DNA of 64,000 nucleotides from the human T2T-CHM13v2.0 reference genome, Homo sapiens, in NCBI RefSeq assembly GCF_009914755.1, contig NC_060926.1, one strand, 5' to 3'. The position numbers and the translations under genes were made by a program. Shown in pieces: positions 43,730 through 56,543 of this stretch. The notes under the pieces are model-generated. The model saw only the letters and a program-made list of their open reading frames with translations, searched no databases and was not told where the DNA came from. Each line of letters opens with the position of its first letter. The first letter of the stretch is position 1.

Positions 43730-44731
43730 ATTTAGAGTGATTTTGGATTTGCTATTCGCTGTCCAGAAACTGGTTTCTATATTGACATAATTCTTCAAAT
43801 CCTGGAAGCCTGGAGGTGTGGCCCAGCTAAAGCTTCTGAAAACTTACGCAGTGTCTTTGCGAAGAATTAGAAAAGGTACCGGATGAATTAGAAAAGGGCT
43901 AGATGAGGAAGGTTAGGCTGAGTTTCATTCTCTATTTCTCCTCTCCTTTTATTCCTGCTGTGTATATGAGGCTCTCTAAGTCAAGGGTCTTGATGTGTTG
44001 ATAGAGAACAGATTCTTGGAGCCAGTACCCAGGTAGAAGGATGAAATGCAGACTTGATGGCTTTACCATTAAATCAGCTGTAGTACAGTCACTTCCAAAT
44101 AGTGTATCAGCAAAACATTTCTCATTCATATGGATGAGTAGATTGTCTTTCCTAAGAATGCATTCATTTAACAAATGTTTATTGAGGACCTACTATGTAC
44201 TGGGAGGAAAAATGCTTCCCTCTACCTCTTCATCCCTTTCTTTCTGCCTAAAGTATTCTATTTCTGTGTGTTTGGTATTATTTCATTTTACATTCTTCGG
44301 AATCTGTCTTACTAGCACAAATTCTTCTTTCCCCTCCCCCTTAATTTACTTGATTTCTGAAGGGTCAATTGCAATTAAAAGGAAGAGGAGTGATGAGAGG
44401 GATGGCTTGAGTTTTCAGAATGTTCCTTAGCTGTATGTCAGGGCTCCACGAGTGCACACCATGCTGGGCTGCATTCTGGAGGCCCTCCTTGGCTCTGACT
44501 GTATTTATAAGTTATCCTACACTGTGCTAGCACATCAGCTGCCAAGGCTGTTTGTAGAATCTGCCTCCCCAGAGGTCTTCAGAAAGAGAAAAGGATGCCA
44601 ATCTCCATGACGGTTTCAGTGCAGTCCTGCTGATTAGAAGGAACAGGCTAGATTTTTCTGTAAAGGTTTCCTTCAGTCTTGAGTGCTCTTAGATGGATGA
44701 GTTTGCTTTTTGGTGCAGGAGGGAGAGATGA

Positions 44732-45090
<359 letters not shown>

Positions 45091-45109
45091 CATCCCGGAT
45101 AGAGAGTAA

Positions 45110-45625
45110 AACATACTGTTTTCATGCTTTTAATGTTTTCAAAGTACTTAGCTGTGCCGTGTGAGGGAGGTAGGGCCTCTCTTTAGGTCCCTATGGCACA
45201 GAGGAGTCAGCGAGGCACAGAAGCATTTAATTATCAGTTAAAGTGACAGCCTGGCTTGACACAGAGCAGAGATGGTGTTCCTGGATGTCTGCCCTCCAAG
45301 TGCATGCTCTTTTCTCTTGACCCTGTTACTTCTTTGTGTTCGTGCTTTTTGCTCTGTCTCATAGAGTTCAGACATTTGATTTGGAGCCATAATATTTTAG
45401 AGCTATAACAATTTGGGGAGCATATTTAGTATAAGTCTGTCCCATGCAACTTTTATACCAGGCATCCTATATTTTATCTGGCAATCCTGGCCCCAGGGCA
45501 ACCCTGTGTGAGAAACTCGTAGGTCCATTTTACATGTGAGGGAACTGAGGCTCAAAGAGGTTAAACAACTTTCCCACGGTAACACCTGAGATGAAATGGC
45601 AGGCAGCTGACTCCAAAGCCCCCCA
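45110..45625 (-). mobile_element. MIR fragments with an intervening MER53-like fragment (~45400-45490)
   Basis: CCATTTTACATGTGAGGGAACTGAGGCTCAAAGAGGTTAA is MIR-like; CATCCTATATTTTATCTGGCAATCCT resembles the MER53 end. Confidence 0.65.
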
Positions 45626-46314
45626 ACATGGCCTTTGCTTGTCTGGGAGATGGAGCTCCAGGTGGAACTGGTAAAGGGGGTGAATCCATTGGCTGGGAGA
45701 TGTCATGAGTTTGAGACTGTATTGGGAGCACCTGGCACATGGTGGCCATCAACCAATTTTTAGTCTCTCTCTCCCTTCCTTCCCCTGCATCAAATTGGAA
45801 ATTCCCTTCAGACCCTCACACAGCGAGGCCTCTACAGACACGTTGAACCTGCCACCCTCGTAGGAAAGCAGAAGGAAGAAGGATGATGTTGGAGAAGATC
45901 CCTGCCATTTGATTTATTATGACAGCCTGAGGCCTCAGAGAGCTCAGAGCAAAGAGACCCTGGAATGCAGCCCCAGATCCCTGGAAGAGACTTTACAGGT
46001 GTCACGTGGGAGAGTGGAGAGTGACGGGGATGGTCTCAAAGAACAGGAGCAGAGATTATCAGAGACACCACAAACTTGAAAAGTCAGGATGAGTAGGACT
46101 TGGGGAGAAAAAAGATCTTACCTTTACAATAGCTTCAAGGACCACAAATTTAAGGGCTCTCCAGAGGCTTTAGGACAGAGAGAGTTGAGGAAGTGCCGGT
46201 CCAGGATACGACCCTTTTAAAAGTGTGCCCGTGGTGTCACTGCTGTGGGCAGCGGTGGTGATGTCAATGTTTGCTCTTCTCGGGCTCCCTCCATGACACT
46301 GAAAAGACGGAAGT

Positions 46315-46471
46315 GCTTTTACCTGTCCAGAAGGAGGGGCAGCTGAAAGAAGGAGGGAAGAGGGTGGTCCAGTGCAGGTGCAGCCTGTTTGGAACCTTCT
46401 GTGCCTGCACTGGACCACCCTCTTCCCTCTCTCCTTCCTTCAGCTGCCCCTCCTTCTGGACGGGTAAAAGC
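46315..46471. repeat. Near-perfect inverted repeat (69- and 73-bp arms, 15-bp spacer)
   Basis: 46315-46383 is the reverse complement of 46399-46471 with 4 substitutions and one 4-bp indel. The mirrored ORFs 46264-46500(-) and 46271-46576(+) share LLPVQKEGQLKEG. Confidence 0.97.
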
Positions 46472-47658
46472 TTCTCCTGTCTCCTCCTGGACTTTCTCAT
46501 AGCTATAGGCTTCCATATTCCCCACCTCTATGATTCAGAGGAGTTCAGCTCAGCCACGTCTGTGCCAGAGCTTTGATGCCCCACCTATCAGCCACACAAA
46601 GGGCCCTGCCATGAATAAGGCCTCCCTCACTGAGGATCCTTAATTTTTTAAAATAATGAAGCCTCTGCCATAAAGTCAGTGTCCTGGCTGCCAGCCACCA
46701 GGCAGAACCTACTAGACTTCTCCAAAATAGATACTGGGGCCTCCTTCCTCAACCATGGTCAAGGCCTAAGCTTCCTTCTCAAAGGCAGGCAGTCCTAGGC
46801 TTTAGGGCAAGAAGTGCTTCCTACATGCAAGGTGCTCTGGGGAAGGGCTGCGTGTGGCGGCCATGTGTGCAGGTCTTCAGGATTTCAGCTGAGCCACCTT
46901 TTCTTGCAGTTTAAGAAGAAAACAGCCAGCCATTCCCTCCTTGTAATAAATGCCTCCGCATATTTGAAGACAGAGTTAGGTCATTCTTGAGCTTTCTCAT
47001 CTCCAAACAAAACAACTGTGGCCCCTGTAACCTTACCTTGGCAAATTATAAGGCCCATATGCAGAGACAAAGCAAAACAAAACCATCTGATGGGGAAGGC
47101 CTCCTATCTCTGACCAAGTGTCTGTTTTGAAATGCGGTCTGCACTCGAGTCTTTAATTACATGTAAATTCAGTAGCTTCAAGCGTCTGAGCCAGTGGGGG
47201 ACCAGGTGCTGCTCATCAGGCCCCTTGGATGTGTTCAGGCTGCAATGCTGGGTGACAGCGCTTGGCAGAGGCTAGGATTTCTTCTCTTCAGATTCATTTT
47301 GGGGCATAAAAAGGGGGCATCCGTGAGTGACCCAGGAGCAGTCAGCTGACCTTCCTGCCAGGTCCCCTGAGGGTAGGATGGGCCCCAAGAGCCTCCAGAG
47401 AGCTGGCAGCCTGCCAAGAAGGCTGCCCTTGGCCTCCACAGAAGCCAGCAAGAGTGGCTTCCAGATGTCCCTGGTGGAGGCTGGCAGCCTCGTCCTGCAG
47501 CCAGTGTCTTCCAGGGGAGGCTTCCTGATGCTGCTAACTCAGAGACAGCTGCCCTGCTGAGCGCCTGCCCTCACTGGGGGTGCTGTGATCACATCAAGTT
47601 TCTTCCCATGGTTCTTTCCAAGCTCCTTCCCATATTTGTAGTGTGTTATCTTGGTGAT

Positions 47659-47783
47659 ACAGACAAGAGTCAAGGAAATACTGGGTGGAAGAGGGCAGTT
47701 CCCCAGCAAACGCCCCCACCCTCAAGTCTGGAAACCCGCAGCCCTAAATGGGAACAGGCATTTGTACTTTCATGCCCAAATGT
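47659..47783 (+). mobile_element. ERV1 LTR 5' fragment (LTR1/LTR27/LTR28/MER52 group)
   Basis: GGAAATACTGGGTGGAAGAGGGCAGTTCCCC...CCCTAAATGGGAACAGGCATT. Confidence 0.65.
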
Positions 47784-47784
47784 G

Positions 47785-47890
47785 GGATCCTCCCCCATGA
47801 CCCAAACACCTCCCACCAGGGCCCACCTCCAACACTGGGGATCCCATTTCAATATGAGATTTGGAGGGAACAAATATCTAAACTGTATCA
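47785..47890 (-). mobile_element. MST-type MaLR LTR fragment
   Basis: CCCCCATGACCCAAACACCTCCCACCAGG...ATGAGATTTGGAGGG...AAACTGTATCA. Confidence 0.8.
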
Positions 47891-48468
47891 ACCAAGGTTA
47901 GTGCGTTTCTCTGCCCTCCAGTTTTGCCTGCCATGAGCAGCTTTCCTATGAGCCAGCTGTCCTTTTGGTCTCCAGGGTCACTTTCTTTTTTTCAAAGCCC
48001 AGTGTTCAGATATTCAGCTGAGCTTCGGGACTGGGGAGTCACAGGACAAGCTCACGTACATGCTTAAGCAAATGCAGTAAATTTTTTAAATAAAGAAAAA
48101 GTCATTTAGGCAGTGCCATTCATTCTGTGTGCCACCCTAGATATACCACAGGGTGGATGCGGAGTGGAGGGTAGAGGAGGGTGCATCCCTTGCTCTATCT
48201 GCGCCTGTCCTTCCTACAGGCTGCTCAGACCAGGAGCACCTGGATTTGCCCCAGTGGGACTCACCTTTGAGAGACATAGTTTTGGCCAAAATAGCTGTTC
48301 AGTGCAAGTCTTCCACTGGTGCCCAACCAAAGGGAAAGCAACCTTTTCCAACAATGAAGAAGAAATTGGTTGTGTCTGCTTTTCAATAGCAAGGGAGTGA
48401 ATCTCAAACACGGTGCCTCCATTAAGGTGTTCAATAATTTCTACTACATGACAAATGTGCTTTGGGAA

Positions 48469-48974
48469 TGTGAAAGGAAACTAAATCTTGGGACCTCAAA
48501 GTCACTAAGCTAAAGGGACAAGTCAAGCTTGGAACTGCTTAGGGCAAACCTACTTCCCATTCTGTTCAAAGTCATCTCTCTGAGGCTCACCTGAGACAAA
48601 TGCATATCTAATTGCTTCCTCTGCCCTATTGTTGATGTAAAAATGCAGATTCACTGAGCCAGACTAAATTGTGTATTCAGTGGAAGGTTGATCGAGTATG
48701 CAAAATAATGAAACCTTTTGTCTCTTATCTACTTCTGACCTGGAAGCCCCAACTTTGAGTTGTCCCACCCTACCAGACCAAACCAATGTACATGTGACAC
48801 ATATTGATTGATGGCTCGTGTCTCCCTCAAATGTGTAAAAGCAAGCTGTACCCTGACCTCCTTGGGTGCATGTCGTCAGGACCTCCTGAGGCTGTGTCAC
48901 AGGAGCATCCTTAACTTTGGCAAAGTAAACTTCTTAAATTGACTGAGCCCTGTCTCAGGTATTTAGAGTTCACA
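48469..48974 (+). mobile_element. Solo ERV1 LTR (MER4A-like)
   Basis: TGTGAA...TTCACA termini with a 4-bp TSD GGAA (48465-48468 / 48975-48978); the body resembles the MER4A family. Confidence 0.88.
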
Positions 48975-49529
48975 GGAATGATTTCAGACACCCCAGGGAG
49001 AGGTGCCTCTACTGCGCGGCTCCTGGCCTGGTCTCAGACTAAACCGTAAGCTCCCTCATTTTTGTATCCCCAGTGCCCGAAACTGTGCCTGGCACTCGAG
49101 GGTCCATGATATGTATTTTTGGCTTTGTTGAATAGTTTAATTAACTCATTAGTGATGCAAAGTTCTAACTGCATATTTACAGATATTTATGTGTGCACCA
49201 CATTATGGGTGGTGAGAAGTAGGAATTCAAAGAGACAAAATCATACTTTCTCTCCTCGAAATTCTTGTAAAGCTACCAAGAAGACAAGACATAGACACAC
49301 TAAATATAAATAAAATACAAAAGGATGTACCCTGACATGCAAATATGTGTTCACAGAAACAAAGTTCTTCTTACCAAATTCCTGTTGTCTAAAGCAGTTT
49401 TTCCTAAAGCGCGTTCTTCAGAATACCAGTTTCTCAGGGTGCCAATGTGAGGAAAAGCTTTGGTGGTCAGATGAGTTCAGGGCTGGGTTAGGCTGATTTC
49501 TTTACCAGAGGGCTTCTTGAAGACTTAAA

Positions 49530-50005
49530 GAAATCTGTATTGAGATATAATTTGTATGGCATAAAGTTCACCCACTTTAAGTAAACAACTCGTTGGCTTT
49601 TACTATAGAGTTGTGTAGCCATCACCACAATGTCACTGCAGAATGTTTCCATCACCACCCAAAACACCTCACGCTGTTTGCAGCCATTTCCCATCCTCTT
49701 CCTTCCTAGCCCCTGACAACCACTAATTTACCTTCTTCTTCTATAGATTTGCCTATTCTGGGCATTTCATAGAGATGGAATAATTTACTGTGGGACCTTT
49801 TGTGACTGGCTTCTTTCATTTAACTTAATGTTTTCAAGGTTCATCCACGTTGTTGCATGTATGCACTGATGGACATTTGGGTTGTTTCCACTTTTTGGCT
49901 ATCATAAATAACATTGTTATAAGAATTCATGTGCAAGTTTTATTTGACTATATGTTTTCAGTTCTCTTGGGTCTATAGAGAAGAGTGGAATTCCTGGGTC
50001 ATACT
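49530..50005 (-). mobile_element. Old L1M 3'-end fragment
   Basis: CCCCTGACAACCACTAATTTAC...CTATAGATTTGCCTATTCTGGGCATTTCAT is a typical L1MB/MC 3'UTR in reverse. Confidence 0.8.
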
Positions 50006-50590
50006 GTGAATCTATTAAACCTCTTTTCTTTATAAATTACTCTGTGTCAGGTATTTCTTCATAGCAGCGTGGAAATGAACTAATACAGTAAATTGGTATC
50101 AAGGTAGTGGGGGATTGCTATAAGATACCTGAGAATGTGGAAGCGACTTTAGAACTGGGTAATGGGCAGAGGTTGGAACAGTTTGGAGGACTCAGAAGAC
50201 AGAAAGATGTGGCAAAGTTCAGAACTTCCCAGAGACTTGTTGAGGGGCTCTGATCAAAATGCTGATAGTGATATGGACCATGAAGTCCAGGATGAGGTGG
50301 TCTTAGATGGAGATGAGAAATTTATTGGGAACTTGAATAAACATGATTCTTGCTATGCTTTAGCAAAGAGACTGGCAGCATTTTGTCCCTGCCCTAAATA
50401 TCTGTGGAACTTTGAACCTGAGAGACCTAATTTAAGGTATCTGGCCAAATAAATTTCAAAGCAGCAAAACCTTCAAGTGATGACTTGGGTGCCCTTTAAA
50501 GCCTTCAGTTTTATGCACTTACAAAGTTATGGTTTGGAATTGGAACTTACGTTTAAAAGGGAAGCAGAGCGTAAAAGTTCAGAAAAATTA
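50005..50590 (+). mobile_element. THE1/MST MaLR: LTR 3' end plus start of the internal sequence
   Basis: ATTAAACCTCTTTTCTTTATAAATTAC...AACTAATACA then GTAAATTGGTA...GAATGTGGAAGCGACTTTAGAACTGGGTAATGGGCAGAGGTTGG. Confidence 0.88.
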
Positions 50591-53429
50591 CCCGGAAGGA
50601 GTTAAACCCCATGGCTGCTTCATGAAGCAGGAAAGGTGGATAAAAAAGACAGAGAAAAGATGCAAAATACACAATCTATAATTTAAAAAGGGAAAATTAT
50701 TACAGAGCCCAGGATAGCAAACACATAAAAGTAGAATACAATGAAATAAATTATGGCAACTATTTTCACTAAACTAAAAGGAACTCTATAATGAAAACTT
50801 TTCTATAAGGAAAATTTCCATCTTATGTTTCGTTTACTGGAACCAACCTTGTGAAAATTACACAAACTTCAAGAGAATTAAAAAGAAGGAAATGCTTCCA
50901 GAATTATTATATGTGGTCACAATAAACTTCATTTCCAAAACGAATAAAAGCATTAGAAACAAAAATTAATTCCTGCATCTGACATGAACACAGATATAAA
51001 AAGCATAAAAAGCACATATATGTGTAATGTGTAGTTCATATATATATATACATATTTGAAATATCTATCTATCTATATAGGTATTTATAGATATCTAAAT
51101 ATATCTATATCTGTATATATGTAAATGTACATATATGTGTGTTAATGCACATATATGTATATATGAATGCATATCTGTATATAGCTACATATGTATGTAG
51201 CCCTATATTGAATTATGTATGCCTATAAAATTGAATGTCAGTATATTTCTATCTATTTAATAAACAGGTGTAGCAAGCCACATTACAGCTCTTATGCTTA
51301 AAACTCAGGTAAATTTTAATAATAGCAATTTCTGAGTGATGGTCATAAAACGAAAGGTATGACAGGCTTAGTTAACTAATTTTAGAAAAAAATTTATATT
51401 GTTTTATTTAAATGTTTTATTTTCCTTTTTTCTTTTAATTTGGAGACAAGGATTTGCTGTGTTTCCCAAGCTGAAGAGTAGTGGCAATTCACAGGTGAAA
51501 ACTTTTCTTCACTTTTGGAATAAGTTTTTATTTTGCTTGGAATTTTAGCTTCAATAAATAATAAGTGTACATGAAAAAGCCGCTACTTTGATCTAATCTA
51601 TGAGAATTATTTAAATTCTCATCCAATAGAAGACAAAATCAAAGTAAAAAGAAAATTGGGCTCTTGCCAGAGAGACACAGCTCTTTACTCTTAGATCTGA
51701 GGCAATCTCCCAGACATTCTTGCTCACACAGTTGCAGTCCACTGCAAGAATAGAAGATGTGAGGACAGCATTACTCAGTTGCACCTTGAGCTCCCTGACT
51801 ACATATAGTTAACTATCTTTATTGAGGATAATAATAGTTAAAATAAATCACATTGATTTTTAAATGTACAGTTTTTATGAATTTTTGCAAATAAATAATC
51901 CTTCTAACCACCTCCAAAGTCAAGATATAAAGTATTTTCACAACCCCAAAAAGCTCTTCCTGAGCAAGTTACGTGATCAACTTGCTCTCTACCCCATAGA
52001 TTAGGCAACTTTTGGCCCATTTTGAAAGGTCTACTCATGGCTCTTCCACCATGACTTTGTCTCTAATCCTCTGTTCTGTTTTTTCTAAGGTCTGATGATT
52101 TGTTCAAACCCATAGACAATGTCATTGAATGGCTGATCTCCCTCTGCAAAATGAACAAGGATATAACACTTGCACTTTGCTCACTGTTATGATTTTTACT
52201 CTCCAGGCCATCCTTGACTGTGAGAATGATGTGACATCAGCCCAGCATCCATGGATAGAACTCTGTCCAGAATAGCATCATTGTAGACATACAAAGAATG
52301 AGGACTTACCTAGGAGACAAGGATATAATTTTTAACATTAGGGAAAATCATCTCCATTCATACTCTTTGGCACCTCAAGTAAGTTAGAAAAATATTTTAA
52401 GGTGACACATGAATTTGGTGAGTGTTTTAGAAATACATCAAATTTCAAGGACATTCCTATAGCCAGAGCAGGTACTATATCTGGTTCTAGAAACCAACTA
52501 TTTTGATGAGGAATAAATAGAATTATCTTAAGAGATTTAATTTATTAAAACATTTTGTAAATATGCATATGTTTCTCATATATATATGTAAATGGCCTTA
52601 TTTAGACATGAATATATGCATATGGAACTACACGCACCCAACTATTTATCAAATAAATATATATATATGTACCTACATTAATGTTTATATATATATATGT
52701 GGAGTTTCCATAAATAAGGTAAATTTTACACTTTTTATTTATATATAATTTTTTAAATTTCTTTTTAAATTTCTCATTGGTAGCTTTATAAATACATTAC
52801 CAAATATTTATACTTCTGCCACTAATTATAATAAGATACATCCTATATGGGTGAATGTGTAAGTATTACATTGGTCACTTTTTTTGCACAATGATGATTG
52901 ATAACCAACTACTTAAAAGTCAGTGTATTACATCAAGTTTTATCGTGTTTCTGGATGATCATTTTAGTATTAACATGACTCTTCAAGACAGGGCTCAGCT
53001 GGGTGGTTTTGCTGCAGGGAGCAGAGCTTGTCTCTAACCTATGGATTGTGTTCATCTGAGGTCAAGGCTAAAGGGCAGTATCTACCCAGGCACCATATTC
53101 TGATGAAGGCAGCAGGAGTGGGCAACCTCCCCAAACCAAGTTGAAATGGTGAATGAAGTCTAATAATTTTGAACACAGATACACACAATTTTAAGTTATT
53201 CTTTCACCTTGGTAATTATTATGGTTCCTACAAACTTTTCCTCCATTTAAACATCAAAGCATTTTATTATTCCATGGACAGATCATTATGTTTCTCCAAC
53301 TTTACAATCTTCCAATTGTTTTCAAATGTCATGTTGCATGGATTAGAAAATAAAGCTGGGTGTGGCTGCAACATGTGGCTTTCCATTGAAATTTTTAAAA
53401 ATAGCCTCATTGCCATAATAGTATACAGA

Positions 53430-53562
53430 AGTTTGCTCTTGTCACCCAGGCTGGAGGGCAGTGACATGATCTTGGGTCACTGTAACCTCCACCTCCTGGG
53501 TCCAAGCGATTCTCCTGCCTCAGCCTCCCTGGTAGCTGGGGCCAATGGTGCCCACCACCACG
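53430..53562 (-). mobile_element. Alu right-arm fragment
   Basis: TGTCACCCAGGCTGGAG...GATTCTCCTGCCTCAGCCTCCC. Confidence 0.85.
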
Positions 53563-54737
53563 GTATCTCTTTAGCTGAAACAAATATCACATAGAACATA
53601 GCTTCTTAAACCTTTTATAGGTCACCTGTTATCAACTACCATGGCTAAACAAAGGTTCTCATTCAGTGAACTGAAGGTCGTTCTGCTATTTAGCATATGT
53701 ATCATGCTCTCAGTGTGCTAATGATCCTGCTGGATTCTGGATACATGTTGAGTAGCAAAGAATTTTCATAATTTAAAAAAGGTTACACCAATGTTCAGGT
53801 TTTTCTGTTGTTTTGGTTTCTTTGTTAAGAAATATTTTTCATTTGTTTGTAAAATGATTGTTATGTATGTCATACAATTTCCTGATTTTTAAGCTGTGTC
53901 TATGACTTAATAAAGTTATGTTGCTATGTGACAAGTGCAAGTATATTCAAATGTATTCTGAGGCCATGCATAACTGGCAAAAGTTTTCACTATTTTGTGA
54001 AAATACTGACCATGTTGGGCTTTCAGCTGTCAGTTCCTCATTATCACCATCACTTCTGAAAGCGCATTCTTCAGAACCACCTTTCCCTCTATACTTTCCT
54101 GTAGAGTTGTTCACTGAGGGGTCCTTCCACGAGATTTGGAAGTCAGAAGAGAATGATTCAATGCTCATTGACACCTGCAGACAGACAAGTGGACTTAGTT
54201 GAGACCTAGAGAATCACCTAGAGACATACTGCAGGAGGCTGAGAGCATCAGCACCTGCACTCTGGGCTTCTCAGACAGATCCAAGGACCATGTGGCTAGG
54301 CAGCTCACACCTGCAGGGTAGGGTGCACCCTGGTTTCTGCAGGAGCACCAGAGAATCATGTCTCTAGTATCTGCTTCCGTGACTAACATCAACCAGGCCT
54401 TGAAAAGCTGTAGTTTAGACACTGATTTCATAAATTAAAACGATTCCTGCTTGGAAGGGCTAGAGTGGCTTCTCTTTTGCTACAAGAATTCCAATCATCC
54501 CATAACAGACTCCTCAGGTGGTTAAATCTCTTTATTAAATCAGGACTCGCATTTCATGTCTTTGCTTCTGGGGATGAGGAGGAAAGAGAGTGGGTGCAAA
54601 GGAGCCACCTCATCACAATTTACCAAAATTTCCAGACGACCTTCAAAACTTGGCTGCATCTGGAAAACAACTCAGCAGATTGAGGCACTAGGAGGGGCAT
54701 CTAGGGCAACCCGGCCTCACTCATCTGCTATCCTAGC

Positions 54738-54765
54738 AGTTGATGTTATGACTTGTCACACTGGG
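54738..54765 (-). promoter_or_regulatory. Defective 12-RSS of the IGKV1 orphon
   Basis: Minus strand: heptamer CCCAGTG (54765-54759; consensus CACAGTG), 12-bp spacer TGACAAGTCATA, nonamer ACATCAACT. Confidence 0.9.
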
Positions 54766-55242
54766 GGAGGGAAAATGCTCTCTTGTTGACATTAATAAGT
54801 TGCAAAATCTTCAGGCTGCAGGCTGCTGACGGTGAGAGTGAAATCTCTTCCATATCCGCTGCCACTGAACTGAGATGGCATCGCCCTCTGCAAACTGGAT
54901 GCCCTATAGGTCAGGAACTTAGGTGCTTTCCCTGGTTTCTGCTGATACCAATTTAAATAGTTGTAAATGCTTTGACTAGCCTGGCAAGAGACGGTGGCTC
55001 TGTCTCCTACAGATGCAGACAGGGAGGATGGAGGCTGAGTCATCTGGATGTCACATCTGGCATCTCAGGTTGGAAATACAAAAACAAATATTTACACTTT
55101 TCACCATGTTATGCGAGGATTTCCCTGAAGAGCCAGGCTGTACTGAGCACACTGGGTGGCTAACTTCCCAGTGTTCTCCTTCTTTACCTGGGAGACAGAG
55201 CAGCAGGAAGGCCAGGAGCTGAGCGGGGATCCTCATGTTCAT
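54766..55242 (-). pseudogene. Immunoglobulin kappa V1 orphon pseudogene (IGKV1/OR family; exact copy not determinable)
   Basis: Leader exon 55242-55188 (MNMRIPAQLLAFLLLCLP, GT donor). Exon 2 starts at 55063 with an 11-nt L-part2, then [45 protein letters not shown]...EDFATY*CQQESIFP with an in-frame TAA at 54794-54792. Confidence 0.96.
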
Positions 55243-55285
55243 GCTGTGTCCTGACTGCAACTGACTCCTGCACAGGGTGTGACCA

Positions 55286-55338
55286 GCCTATTAAGAAGTC
55301 TTCAGGGCAGGGGGCTGCGCTCTAGGACACACAAATCA
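55286..55338 (-). promoter_or_regulatory. V-kappa promoter remnant: TATA-like box and mutated decamer
   Basis: TTAATAG lies about 45 bp upstream of the ATG; TGATTTGTGT at 55338-55329 replaces TGATTTGCAT. Confidence 0.75.
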
Positions 55339-55937
55339 GCAGGGGATGGGGCAGGCTGGGCACAGCCACGGGGCTGGCTCATCTCGGTAACTCAGCAAAG
55401 GGGCAGTGTCCGCAGGGTCCCAGGTCAGACCAGGCCTGACAGATTTGCCTGGAGGGAATGTATTTCTCTCTACATCCGTTGTTTCGACAAGAGATATTTT
55501 GGGAGAAAAAAGTCAAAATTTAATTCAAACCTAGGGACTACATGGAGTCATATATTTTAGAGTTGTATCGGGAGTATATAGGAGAGTATGACCATTTGTA
55601 GGGAATGTCTGATAATGTCTTAGAGAATGGGGCTATCAGGTCTTCAAGTTATTTAAGTGGACATTGTGGGAGTGACAATCCCTTTGTTATACTAACAACA
55701 CCTCTGTGATTGTCACGTTGCTCCCATTGTTTCATGTGGGAAAAAAGTCTTTGTCAGAAGCATATTTAAATATTCAAAGGTATTTTGTAGTGACCTGAAA
55801 CATTTGTTATTACCAGTCTATTTTCAAGCCATTCCCTGCAGATGCACAATAATGATGCTGTGATTCCTCAATGCCTGTGCCACTCACAGATCTTCCATAA
55901 TCCAGAGCTATAGGTCTCTGTAATAACCAGGGACTAA

Positions 55938-56543
55938 ATGGACAGCACCTCCGTCTTGCTGACCCATATGATCAATTGTCTCCACAGGAAGAAGAACAAG
56001 GTAACTTACCATTGCTAATGCTCTGAGCTGCCTTTCCCACCGGAATGTTCCCAGGTGTTCAGGTACAGCTCCCAAAAAACTGGGCTTTCTGGAAAGCAGG
56101 GGAGGGAGAGGCCCTGGGGAAAGGCCAAGTCAGTGAACACTTTCTCTTCAGTGAGGGCAGCAGCTACTCAGTGCATGTCTCTGCCCTGCACCATCGATGC
56201 CACTTTCCTCTTTGACTCTTTAGCAGTATGTGGGGACATCATCCTTACCCAGACGCCAGCCTCCTTGCCTCACTTCCAGGAGAGAGAATCTGCATCTCCT
56301 GCCAAGCCACCGCCCATGTACGTGAAGAAATACTTGGGATCTGGATAAAACTTGGAAACAGATTTGAACCCCTATACCTCACATGTCTGCCTCTGCCCAG
56401 GCATCCCAGCCTGGTTGTGCAGCAAGGGAAGTGGAATCAACTACATCGACATGAGAAGACTAGAACCTGGGGAGTCCAGGGAGCATTACTCACGCATCAC
56501 TAAGAGTGAGCAGACCACAGTGGTATAGCCTGTACCCAGATCT
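55938..56543 (+). pseudogene. Highly degenerate V-kappa relic with a 12-RSS heptamer
   Basis: Leader-like ATG...CTCCACAG (55938-55988). TTTAG acceptor, an 11-nt L-part2 (56224-56234), then DIILTQTPASL / GERICISCQAT... / GIPAW...GSG... / RLEPG with frameshifts. CACAGTG at 56516-56522, a 12-bp spacer and a decayed nonamer. Confidence 0.8.

Noticed and set aside
51000-52760. TA-rich tracts (~51030-51200 and ~52560-52750)
   Set aside because: Ordinary low-complexity sequence with no regular unit.
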